Under the pieces are notes generated by a model, which was not told where the DNA came from, made no database searches, and worked only from the letters and a program-made list of their open reading frames with translations. Made by a program: the position numbers and the translations under genes. Of a DNA stretch of 64,000 bases, positions 35,401 through 46,798 are shown piece after piece. The first letter of the stretch is position 1. Each line of letters opens with the position of its first letter. The DNA is from Stylophora pistillata (taxonomy: Eukaryota), in assembly GCF_002571385.2 (NCBI RefSeq), contig NW_019217928.1, forward strand, positions 78,600-142,599, read 5' to 3'.

Positions 35401-38400
35401 TGGTTTTTATTACTCGATTTAACCTCAATAAAGGCAAAAGAAAGCCCACCGAATGGAGACAGTGATCTGCTAATAACGAAGCATTGCATTGTCGTGAAGT
35501 ATTTACACCCTCAAAATTCAGTTGATTTCCTCCTTGTTTATTATACTTTTAATCCAGTAAGTTATAAGTTCGTTACCGTTAAAATAGGATGTAACAGGAA
35601 GGACTGTGGCATAGAATAATCAAAACAGGGATGTATCTAATCAGGTATTTCCAGGGCTTAATGCGAGAGTAGGAACATGGCAGCATGATTGTCAAGTAAA
35701 CCCACATTTGATAGGAAATTAGTGTCCACGAATCGTAGTAGGACGTGAGCCGGCAAGCCTTGACTCCCACACGGGATAACGTATCTGGGTGTGGATTTCC
35801 TTAGAAAATAAATGTAGCGACTTTTGTGACCTTGAGTTAGAATGGAATAGCATACATAGATCGTGGAATGGAACATGCAAAGTTAAAATGTCGACAATAA
35901 AGCCTGAATCAAGCCAGTCAAAGTATTCAGTTCAAAATAGTAAACGAGCTTATGCGGGAATTTTCAGTTACACAAGTGAGAAATTCTGCAAAACTGATAT
36001 CATTTAGGCTGTTCGATGGATTGTTCTGATGAGTTGAGTTAATAGGGAGCATATTTGACTTGCGTTGCTCTGCTCGTCAAATAAACATGAGTTAAAAATA
36101 TAAACAGTGTTTGAAATAAAGTCCTTACAAGCAGGCCAAGCAGAAATTTGAAACAGAGGTGATCTGACACCTACATTAGAGTAGATTCTCTCAGGGGTCC
36201 TTCTCTCGTGTCAACGCCACAACTAAATTTAGCTTGAACAACTGATGGCATTTTGGGAGTCTTTTCAACAACGACATTATCTCTTCAGGCCAGCTTAGAC
36301 AAGCGCAAAGCGAAAGCAAAAAGAAAATTATTTCCTTTTCGCGCCTTTTATAATTCACGTGCATGTTCTGCGTTATGCGCCTGCCTCACGTGTGCCGCCG
36401 GTCCCCGCCCGTCGCCAGAAAACGCATGATAAAATTACTTGTGTTGCGCAAGGTAAAAAATTGATTTTTATGACTAATGAGGTCAAATAACTAAGATCCT
36501 TTCCGGTTGGATTTAATGGTTAAAAAAAGCGATTAAGGTCGCCTCGCCTTCGATTAACATTTCTAAATGATCTTAGCACTCAAGCTCTCCAAGAAATATT
36601 CAGGATATTTTGATTGTAGGTCCGGGTTAGCCTTTGACACGCAGTTAACCTTAGAAATGAAGAATCAACAAATAAAGCAAAACGCTGATCTTGGCGAAAG
36701 CAAAGGCAAAGACTTGAGTACTCATAAAACGTTAGATACTCATTTCGATCAATACTGGGTATCTGAGAAACACACCCCTACCCCTCGAGACAATTTTACA
36801 GAGGGTTCCCTTAGAGTGTAAGTTTTAACAGCTGTCCCCCAGCACCCATCAGAAATTCTCAGAACAGCCAGTAGGGTTTCCGTTGAATAAAGTGGTGAAC
36901 GATAACAGTAATTAAAACTAATTTAGGGCTTGTATAGCGCAAATTAACAAGTGAATATGATCAAAAATGCGCCACATGTACCGGTTGAAATGATAAGCAG
37001 TCCCGTTTAGGCTTGACGAACCAAAGAGTTGATATGAGAAAATTGAGTTGTTCCGCCTGACAAGGTCATCCTGCCAGGGCGAGATAACTCGCCCACCAGA
37101 GTTGTCTCGAGCTCTGAGAAGGGTTCGCCATTCTCATGTAAACAGTTGCTTGAATATTTCAAAGAATGAAGTGAAAAGTAAGCTGATCTAGGATAACTCG
37201 GGGGTAGGAATGTCCCAGGAAATCGAAGTCATATACGGTAAGTGTAAAACAGTCTTTCCAAAGTCCTAGGTTTGTCGCGGTTAGAAGAGTTGCGTTACAT
37301 CACAAAAACGGTGTATTGCGAAAGACTACCTCTGCATGAGGGCTGGAAGGAATTTTCGATAGGCAAACAATGCTTTTAGGCATCATATCCCCATTTTTTT
37401 ACTGTCTCCAAGTCTATGTTTTTATAGCAGCACGATTTTTTTTAACTCAAAGAAACACGTAGACTGCAGTGCCTCTTTTATGCAGACGTGGAATTATTTC
37501 CGGCGAAACCGTCTGGTTATCGCGTGTGACAGTTTACCACAAAGCCAAAGAGATAACAAAAAAACAAAAAAAACAAAGATTTGCTTAAATAAACTTACAG
37601 AATAATCTCTGCAGATTCCTCTTTCAAGTTGATGCAAATTTGCACGTTCCAGTAAAAAAAACACAACCCGGCTTCTCGAGAAGTAGCCGCCGTCAAGCTA
37701 TCATCAAATATATCATGTTTCAAGCTTGGTCTCTAGGCTCTCAGCAGGGTGGCTATAAACAATAGATCAGCTGAACATGAAACCTCTAAAATCCGTGGAA
37801 CTTCTGGAACCCGTGGAACCTGTGGAAGCCAAAATTGCATCATAGCGGGCACTAATGTTCGCTCAAGCGCATAAAAGTGTCAAAATATTCTTGCGAGGAA
37901 TGAAACTTGACCGCAATAACCGATTGACGGTGATTTTCTGTGTACATATGTTCTACCGTTTACTGCGTTTACAGACTCTCGAAGGTTAGACTTATTGGCT
38001 ATCCGACTTTAGCGAGTAACTGGCTGTTTGTAATAATTTGGTAGCTGCGTTTGTAACCCTCTGCAATTACCTTCAACATTAAACATTTTTCTCAGGATTC
38101 TCTTTCATTTGGGGTTCCGTTTAAAAAATGCGTATTGATGTCGCATCGTGTAACATAATGACACATTATAGCTCATTCGAAGTTCTATCTTCATCACTTC
38201 ACAAATTTCATGAAGAATGACCAACTCAAGAAAGAAACCAAGGACAAATATTATCGTTGGAAAGAAGGCAAAAAGTGGGGTGGCTTTAAACATGGGTTGC
38301 GCTGGTTCCATGGTCTGCTGATCTAGAGTTTAAAAAGATCCCCGCAGCGTGGTTTAGAGCCCCGAAGGTCTGATAAGGAGCGAGCGAGATAACCCATCCA

Positions 38401-38830
38401 AAGATTTATTTGATTTGGGAATGGTCTCGCTGATAGACACTAACCAAGGGGCTTATCTAATAGGCGTAAGCTTAAATCCTTTTTTTTTTTTATCTAAGTG
38501 TGTAAACCACATGTCAGGGTATTATTCAACGATGACAAAACGTTCCCAAAATATTAAAAAAGAGAGATAAGCGAAGGTAGGTAGAGGGAGGGAGGTGTTC
38601 ATAACCTCTCATAATCGGTTGGGTTGCCTATTGGCTTTTTCTTCCGAAGACTGAAGTATATCTTGCAGAAGAGAACAACATATTTTGAAAGCCAAAATTG
38701 CACTTTCGGGCATAATTTGCTCACTATTTCTATTTTTATTGTTATCTCATTGTCAATCAAATTAGTTTTACATATTTCCGCTATTACATCATACAGCTAT
38801 CTATGAAGCATCACCCCAATATTCTCCGTT

Positions 38831-38871
38831 GCACCTGAAGAAGGCTGGTTTGGCCTGCCGAAATATAGTGC
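38831..38871 (+). ncRNA. Minimal type I hammerhead ribozyme with intact core, inside a repeat remnant (~38560-39020)
   Basis: GCAC-CUGAAGA-A-GGC(UGGUUUGGCCU)GCC-GAAA-UAUA-GUGC: stem I GCAC/GUGC, stem II, palindromic stem III, UA cleavage site. Confidence 0.75.
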
Positions 38872-40370
38872 TCCGTCTTAAAATTTACTTATCTACGTTG
38901 TATCGGTCTTGCCTCTATATTTATATTTCATATTCGTTATTTTGGGCCGATCAGATCATCGCTGATCCAACGTACAAGAGTAGGAGTATCGTCCACGGTT
39001 GCCTGCTGAACATTTCACAATTAATTTTCCCCCTCGCTTGAGACCTTCAGCCTTGCTGACAAACTTTTTTTAGCCAACGTGCTGAACGATGGGATTTTCT
39101 TCCACACAAACCAAACAAGGAAACGAAATAGGCTATGAAAAGACTTTTAACTCCCAGGAATGGCCGGCCAAAACAGAAACTTTACGATAATGTCAATACA
39201 ATATCAAGCACACAAAACACAAATACATATCCTGACATAATGAACGTAGTACGCATCGTCTGATTGGTCAGTTCTGTTCCCAAGCGGATGTTTTATCGGG
39301 TTATTTATAGGGCTCGCATGTGACTTGTTATGTCATCAATAGAACGGATTTTTCCGGTTTTTTACCGTGATAAATCCACTTGGGATGTTCGCCTTGTGAT
39401 TTAGAAGCTTTCCACTTGTTCTCCCAACGTCCCGCGTGGCCTTATCACGTTATAGAGCCGGGAAAAATGTGTTCTAGTGCTTAAAGAAACTGTTAATTAG
39501 GTAATTATTAGTTGATTCAAAACCAAATTCTCAGAATTAACATCATAATAACTGTATGGAGAAAATAAAGAGAATTTCTAATGATATTAATTCTGAGAGT
39601 GGACAAAAAAAACAACCACACAAGTCCTCCTTGCGCATGCAGATTTACAAAATGAAGCTTTATTTGCGCGAGTGTCTATCAAAATTTGACATTTTAACCC
39701 GAGTAAGTGATCATAATAAAAAGTTGTTTTCTTATATTACAACAATGATTCCTTCGCGTGTGGGAAATTACACCGTAAATTTTACATAATTTATGAAGTT
39801 TCCAATTAAGGAAATACGTCAATTAATAATTGGACTACGATTAGGATGTTAAATTTTGTAATTTAGAAAATCATTATTTTCCCTTTCTTTTCTTTAATCT
39901 CATTATTATAACTGCAAAAGGCTAAACCCTGAATGTTAGAGGTAATGCTATAAACAAAGTTCTTGTGTGTATTCTTATTGTCGTTGATAGTCGCTACCTT
40001 TTCTCAGTCAAAGAACTCAAGCTTTGTTAAATCCTCTTGATAATCAGGGTTGCCAGGGTTTAGAAACACGATTATTTACCGGTGATCGCCCGCACCCAGA
40101 GCTAAATCACAGCGAATCAGATTGCGAGGTTACAAACCTACAAAAAAAGGAAAGATCTTAAGTGCTTTAAAAAAAAATTTGTGCTAGAATACATACATCA
40201 GATTAACCCAAACGTCCCATAAGCTGAGGCAGTTTGACTAACATTTTTTCAATCGCTATTTCATTAAGATTCTTGTATACACACAGAAATACCGAGTGTA
40301 GTTAATTTTCTCCATGGCAATACTGATAAAAAACTACCGAAAAGTCCTTCTCAAACAGCTTGTTTGTTAC

Positions 40371-41696
40371 TCACACACCCCCTTCTTGTGTAACACGACT
40401 ATTTTCAGCTGCCACACCCGGCTGTAATGACCCGCGACAGATCTTCCTAAAACAACAGCAAGCGAATGGAGACAGTTCCATATATCTCTTCCTGAATTCC
40501 TTGTCGATGCAGGCGTAAATAGCTGGCTTTATGATCCCGTAAATCTCACCAGCTACCTGCGCGCTAAATGAAACGTGGACGATTTGGGAGTATGACAGAA
40601 ACCTCATCAAATAAGGCAACAATAAAGACAGTAGGGTAAGAGCAACGAGAGGCATGGATATTGCAATGGTAATTTTTGCCTCCATTCGCGTTTCTCTTAA
40701 TTTCTGTTCGCGGGTAGATTGACTGGTGATACTCTGTGCATCTCCATCACGAACACTTCCGCCGGCAGGCCGGATAACTTTTTCGGTCTCCATATTGAAG
40801 GTTTCTAGGGGGTGTTTGGAAGAACTCTTTTTAAGGCCTTCGCAGATTGTCATATTTCCTTCATCAGGCTTCTCTTCCCGCCACTCTCCCGAATGATCCA
40901 GTTCGCTGCCATCATCATCCTTCGTATGTTGTTTCTGTTTTGATTTGTCAGCAATTTTTGTGGATCGTTTGAGTGAATGCATTTCCTTCTTCATTCGTCT
41001 CAATCGGACAAACACAGCGACACAAAGAATCGTTAAAATCAAGTTAACAGTGACATCAAAAGCGAAACCAAGTTGGATGACCAGCCACATTCCCTCCGGA
41101 CTAACTCCACATGCATTAACGTCAACCTCGCTAAACACAAAGTAGATGGAAGAGAAACCTGTGGCTATCACCCAAAGGAGAAACGTCGTAATAGCGCTGA
41201 ATTTTCTGGTATGTTTCTTTCGTCCTTTGGAGGAGGAGTTTCGTATGGCGCCCCAAGCTAGAGCGACCAAAGTAAGTGCAATAACCCTGGAGGCAATTTG
41301 ATTAAAGGTAAGGTACATCTTGCATAGAGCATTGCTAACAAACCAAACGTCTTTACCTTGATGAGAAAACGCGGCATTAGTCATAAGGTAGACAAAGATG
41401 GCTATTAAGATATCAGCACAAGCCATGCTGATCAACATGTAAAGGAAAAACGTTTTGCTGCGACCAATTCGGACGTGCTTGCACAGAATATAGAGGGCAA
41501 TGCTATTTTCTATCAAACACAAAATGAAGAGAATCCCTTTCAGAACTTTGACGAATTGGGAGCTGTTCGGATCTGGCGGCGTGGGGGTATCATAGTTATT
41601 AAGATAGTCTGAATCGCTCCATGGAAAGGGCTGAATCGTGTGAAATGTAGGCATAGCATTTGTGAAATCGGTGTATCCCTGAGTCGAATCGCCCAT
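40371..41696 (-). CDS. Highly divergent class A GPCR, 441 aa, single coding exon
   Basis: 7 hydrophobic segments, TM2 SMACADIL, C3.25, TM4 Trp, long ICL3, helix 8 DKEFRKR, C-terminal CCC. ATG at 41696 (MGDSTQG). Confidence 0.85.
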   Translation of the reverse strand: MGDSTQGYTDFTNAMPTFHTIQPFPWSDSDYLNNYDTPTPPDPNSSQFVKVLKGILFILCLIENSIALYILCKHVRIGRSKTFFLYMLISMACADILIAIFVYLMTNAAFSHQGKDVWFVSNALCKMYLTFNQIASRVIALTLVALAWGAIRNSSSKGRKKHTRKFSAITTFLLWVIATGFSSIYFVFSEVDVNACGVSPEGMWLVIQLGFAFDVTVNLILTILCVAVFVRLRRMKKEMHSLKRSTKIADKSKQKQHTKDDDGSELDHSGEWREEKPDEGNMTICEGLKKSSSKHPLETFNMETEKVIRPAGGSVRDGDAQSITSQSTREQKLRETRMEAKITIAISMPLVALTLLSLLLPYLMRFLSYSQIVHVSFSAQVAGEIYGIIKPAIYACIDKEFRKRYMELSPFACCCFRKICRGSLQPGVAAENSRVTQEGGV

Positions 41697-42141
41697 TTTC
41701 ACTCTCCACGTACTGCCGCGTCCGAAATATGAACAGCTTTTAGAAAACAAATGTTTTTAAAGTGCACTTAAATGGCCATAAACGGTTTTATTTGTTTTTG
41801 ACTGCCAGTTGTAATAGGGCACTAATGGCATGCCATTTTTTGTTCATCAAGAAAACGTCACGTAAACGTTGATAACACATCAAAATGGCAAATTGTACAT
41901 TGATGTACCTCGACTCCGCCTGATAGTTCGAAGACAAATTCCAGCCGAAGTTTTTCCCAGCATCGATTAATTTCTCAACATTGTGTTCATGCTTGTAATT
42001 TTGATACATGGATGCAATTCATTTTCACTGATGAATTTGGTGAAAACACAGGTGTGTAAACAGAACAGTCCGAAAGTATACGGAACGATTCCATTTAGAT
42101 TTAATTCTGTAGGAGAAATTTCCACCTAACATTCAATTTCA

Positions 42142-43278
42142 GGCATGTTGTAAAAGATGGACTGGATTGGATTTGTAAAACATGAAACATGGATTTGTAA
42201 AATCTGGATTTGTAAAACATGGATTTGTAAAACATGATAGCATTGTTCGACTGTTTATTTGTTTACTTCTCTGTCTGTCCCTTTTTAATCTTAATTGTTT
42301 TGCTTTATATTATTTTCATTTTATATTACCTAATAATTTCTCTAAAAGATTGTTTGATGTTGAGTAATATTATTTGGAAATTTTTAAGAATAATCAAGAA
42401 ATACGAGAAGCACTCGCTTACAGCGAGTAACCATTCTCAGCATTTTCGGTATTCTCTCGTGTTCAAAAACAAAATTCCGCGTGCTTATATATTTAACTCT
42501 ACAATGCATTCGGCGCGTTTTTATTTTTAAAATTATCAACATCTTAACACACAGGAGCTGGTCAAGACCGATTTCCAACGTTTCACGGGAATAGGTAATT
42601 TTACTAGGGCAAACATGGAACAAACAAAAGTGTACGTGACATACAAACAACCAGGCTGCCAAAAGATCGTAATTTGAAAAATGCATTGTAGACCTCTGTC
42701 GAAAATAAATTTGAACCTTTTAAATTTACGCGGAAGAAGATAGGTTATTGTGCGAGGAAGGAGATGGCGGCTTCTTTTAAACTTCTATTTCTGACCAGAG
42801 AACGGCGACGTGGATTTGAGTTTTCAGAGTTCTCGTGGAGCTCTGTAAAAATTAAAGAGCTTGGAAGCGGGACATTTGGGACCGTCTATTTGGCTGACTT
42901 TACATTTGTTTCTTCTCCTGGTTAACATGAGATGAATAAAACACTGGAGTCTATCTAAGCGCCATATACTCGAAATGTTTTCCAGATTTGTTATAGTAAC
43001 TGTACATATCTGGACCGAGCTTTTTCAGTTAACTCAAATACGTGAAAAAGTGAATACTCCACATCCAGCAAACACATGAAAAGATTGAAGAAGGTCGCAA
43101 GAAAGAAATTAAACACGGATAATTTTCAGTGTTTGAATTGGTAGCTAAAAATCCATGTTTTACAAATCCATGTTTTAAAAACAAAATTCCGTGTGCTTAT
43201 ATTTTACAAATCCAGTCCATATTTTACAAAACCAGTCCATGTTTACAAATCCAATCCAGTCTTATTTTACAATATGCC
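42142..43278. mobile_element. PIF/Harbinger-type non-autonomous transposon
   Basis: TCA|GGCATGTTGTAAAA..GACTGGATTGGATTTGTAAA ... TTTACAAATCCAATCCAGTC..TTTTACAATATGCC|TCA. 3-bp TSD; subterminal 15-bp repeats GGATTTGTAAAACAT. Confidence 0.8.
42764..42925 (+). pseudogene. Protein kinase N-terminal fragment inside the Harbinger element
   Basis: MAASFKLL...EFSWSSVKIKELGSGTFGTVYLADF...* contains the GxGxFGxV glycine-rich loop. Confidence 0.65.
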
Positions 43279-43398
43279 TCAGTTTCACGCGAAAACCTCT
43301 ATAGTAGGAAACGATTTGTGCAACATCCGTTTGTCACGTCTAATTTGACCACAGGTGGCCCAAGCTCTGTCACAGGCTCTTTCACAGTGAATAATTAA

Positions 43399-43826
43399 AG
43401 AGTTTGTATAGTGGTATAGTTGGACTTGCTTTTGAGCTCCGTAAATGTAAAGTTGTGTGAAATAATCAAAGAAATAAAGTCTTACCTTCATAGAGAGAAG
43501 TCTTTGTTGTTCTCCTCGCGATTTGAGGCCGTTTTGATGTGTTTTAGCTCTACGCCCTAAATTACCGTGCATAAATTACCGTGCATAAACACGGTAATTT
43601 TTAATTAATTACCGTGCATAAACACGGTAATTTTTAATTAATTACCGTGCATAAACACGGTAATTTAGGGCGTCAAGCTAAAACACATCAAAACGGCCTC
43701 AAATCGCGAGGAGAACAACAAAGACTTCTCTCTATGAAGGTAAGACTTTATTTCTTTGATTATTTCACACAACTTTACATTTACGGAGCTCAAAAGCAAG
43801 TCCAACTAAACCACTATACAAACTCT
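43399..43826. mobile_element. Kolobok-type palindromic MITE A
   Basis: TTAA|AG...CT|TTAA, ~170-bp TIRs; the centre is tandem 33-bp hairpins AATTACCGTGCATAAACACGGTAATT. Confidence 0.8.
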
Positions 43827-43836
43827 TTAAAGTGCA

Positions 43837-45318
43837 AACAACAATCAAAATAAATAAAAAAAAAGATGGCAAAAAAAAAATGGCAGGGCTACCTCAACAG
43901 CACAGCCAATTACAGCGGTCATTAGGTTTTAAAGAAAGCTCAAAAAGATTAGTTGGAATCTGATATCGTACAGAGGCTGTGTGGCCGGGAAGCTGGTGAC
44001 CCACTGGTTGCCTTGGTTTCAAGTTCTGTACCTTGCTACTTGGTGGAATTTTTCTCAGTTTTCCTCGAGTTTGACTCCGTCAGTTTTAGACTCATTTTGG
44101 AAATCATTCAACGCTTGTGTGACATCCCCATCGACAGAAAACGGAGTGACATCCCCATCGACAGAAAACGAGGGTAGCTCCATTGTTGCGCTTTAAGGAA
44201 AGCCGAGCAGTTTGTCTCTTTGCATGCAAATAAGTCATTTAATAGCTAACCACTTAAAGTGCACCTACACTCAAAAAATTTTTTTCGCTTAACGAAGTAA
44301 GCTTATTTTTTTGAGTATTTCTGCGCAAAAATTTTTTTATTTGCTCAAATCTTCAATTTTCTATGCCCAGTCAAAATACGGAAAATCGGCCGCCATCTTG
44401 CCCCACGACCGAGTTTAAAGAGGAATGGCTCTAGTGGGTAATGTGACGTCAAATCGAGAACACGAAAGTCTGCTTTTCACACATTTTCACTTGTTTGGGA
44501 AGGTTGTAGTCGATAATTGTCCGAAAATATGCCGACTAAGTGTGTTGTAGAAGGATGTAGCAACGTGCGAAATTTGCAAGAGGGTATCGCGCTCCATACA
44601 ATCTTCATACAACACACCTAGTCGGCATATTTCGGACGATATCGACGACAATCTTCCCAAACAAGTGAAAATGTGTGAGATGCAGACTTTCGTGTTCTCG
44701 ATTTGACGTCACATTACCCGCTAGAGCCATTCTTCTTTAAACTCGGTCGTGGGGCAAGATGGCTGCCGATTTTCCGTATTTTGACTGGGCATAGAAAATT
44801 GAAGATTTGAGCAAATAAAAAAATTTTTGCGCAGAGATACTCAAAAAAATAAGCTTACTTCGTTAAGCGAAAAAAATTTTTTGAGTGTAGGTGCACTTTA
44901 AGTGGTTAGCTATTAAATGACTTATTTGCATGCAAAGAGACAAACTGCTCGGCTTTCCTTAAAGCGCAACAATGGAGCTACCCTCGTTTTCTGTCGATGG
45001 GGATGTCACTCCGTTTTCTGTCGATGGGGATGTCACACAAGCGTTGAATGATTTCCAAAATGAGTCTAAAACTGACGGAGTCAAACTCGAGGAAAACTGA
45101 GAAAAATTCCACCAAGTAGCAAGGTACAGAACTTGAAACCAAGGCAACCAGTGGGTCACCAGCTTCCCGGCCACACAGCCTCTGTACGATATCAGATTCC
45201 AACTAATCTTTTTGAGCTTTCTTTAAAACCTAATGACCGCTGTAATTGGCTGTGCTGTTGAGGTAGCCCTGCCATTTTTTTTTTGCCATCTTTTTTTTTA
45301 TTTATTTTGATTGTTGTT
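43837..45318. repeat. ~1.5-kb palindrome: apparently identical ~420-bp inverted flanks around Kolobok MITE B
   Basis: 43837-44257 is the reverse complement of 44898-45318 (identical mirrored ORFs 43953/44978 and 43981/44959). Confidence 0.9.
44258..44897. mobile_element. Kolobok-type MITE B with THAP-domain remnant
   Basis: TTAA|AGTGCACC...GGTGCACT|TTAA, ~290-bp imperfect TIRs. The centre encodes MPTKCVVEGCSNVRNLQEGIALHTI from 44529, a THAP N-terminus. Confidence 0.8.
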
Positions 45319-46240
45319 GCTCGGCAAAGTTGAAAAATGAATAAATAATGAACAAAAGTTGCGTGCGTTTAAAAGGAGCAAAATGGTGTAAGAATATTGT
45401 AATACTAACCGCTACAAATGGGGCAGACTAAAAAAAGAAAATTGTGAAGACTACCACCGTGATCAAGTCAAAAACCCTTGCGAAAACCTACCTACAACTC
45501 AGAAACCTAACCTAGCAACAAAAGCAGTGCATTTTCCTCGACAGATATTCACCATATTGATCCTTCACGACACTAAGCACATTACAAATGGACCATATGC
45601 CTATTTATTATTGTAAGAAACTATTTTTTAACTGCCTGTGGCTCTTTAACCCTCTCTGAACCAGAAAGGAAAGAAAATGAGAAAACACAGAAGAGATCAA
45701 AACTTTACTACAGGTCTATTGCAGAATCTAAAAAAACTGAGTACTGTGTTTATCCGAAAGTAGGCTTCTCTACAAGAAAACGTTCATGAAGTTAAGTGAA
45801 GTGCCTCCCAGACAAACTATTTTAGAATGGAAATACCCTAAGGGACTTTTCTTTAAGTGAAGAGTGACTCATCAAATTACTCAGTGTTAAGTAACACACT
45901 TAATTGCCAAGGTTTTAAGAAATTCCTTTTTAAGTGTAGGATAAAAAGCAGATCAGAACTTGAATTCAATTTTTGTGATTTCACGTTTCATTGAGGGGTA
46001 TACTTGAAACCAGTTGACAAGAAACACCTTTGCAAAACAACCAAAATTATTAGGTACCAAAAATTACCAAAGCTGCCAAATTGTAATTTCAGTCAATTTT
46101 ATAAATTCTATTCAATTTAGTAATTTAAGCTGTTTTCTCACTGTCATCTTTAAAAGGCCAGCAAAATTTTGAAAACCATGTGTAGTAGATTTCATTCATT
46201 GTTTATCTCATGAGCAAAACTAAAATTTTCAAGTGTATTT

Positions 46241-46745
46241 GTATAGGTAATCACATGATTTCGAGTGCAATTTGGAATAAATAAGCACAAGTAGATTTTT
46301 TCAAAGACTAACAAAATTGCACAAGCCTGTTGGGTGAGTGCAATTTGTGGTCTTTGAAAAAATTTACAAGTGCTCATTTATTCCAAATTGCACCAGAAAA
46401 TCATGTGATTATCTATTAATAATATACATGCAAAAATACGAGGTAGCTTCTCATAACTATGCAGAAGAAAAGCACGTGCCTAATGTGCAAAAATAATTTA
46501 TTCAAACTCTGCAAGTGACATTGACCTTGACATTGACCTTGACATTGACCTTGACATTGACCTTGACACTGACCTTGACATTAACCAATCATTCTGACCA
46601 ATCAGAATGTCTGGTTTGTTTCTTTCTTTGCACTGAATTAACCCTCTTCTGCACTAAATTAACTCTCTTCTACACTGAATTAACTGAAAACTGCATTCAT
46701 CTTAACCAATCAGAACCGAGAAATGTTTTCATGTATATTATTAGA
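46241..46745. mobile_element. Dispersed repeat with internal 12-bp tandem (TGACATTGACCT)n at ~46516-46583
   Basis: Starts TATAGGTAATCACATGATTTCGAGTGCAAT; related fragments at ~540-672 (reverse) and ~24797-24885. Confidence 0.6.
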
Positions 46746-46798
46746 ACTCAAATAATACATCTATATTTTTCTGAACAATTTTAAGCAACTCCATCTCC

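Noticed and set aside
38105-38311. Short hydrophobic ORF (possible TM peptide)
   Set aside because: 68 aa, no motif or splice support; expected by chance in T-rich sequence
31451-41696. Opsin identity for either GPCR
   Set aside because: Neither has Lys at 7.43 (Tyr and Glu respectively)
43285-45202. Mirrored ORF pairs (43285/43647, 43953/44978, 43981/44959)
   Set aside because: By-products of the palindromes, with no recognisable protein signal
46515-46784. Poly-(TL) ORF
   Set aside because: Translation of a 12-bp tandem repeat inside a dispersed element
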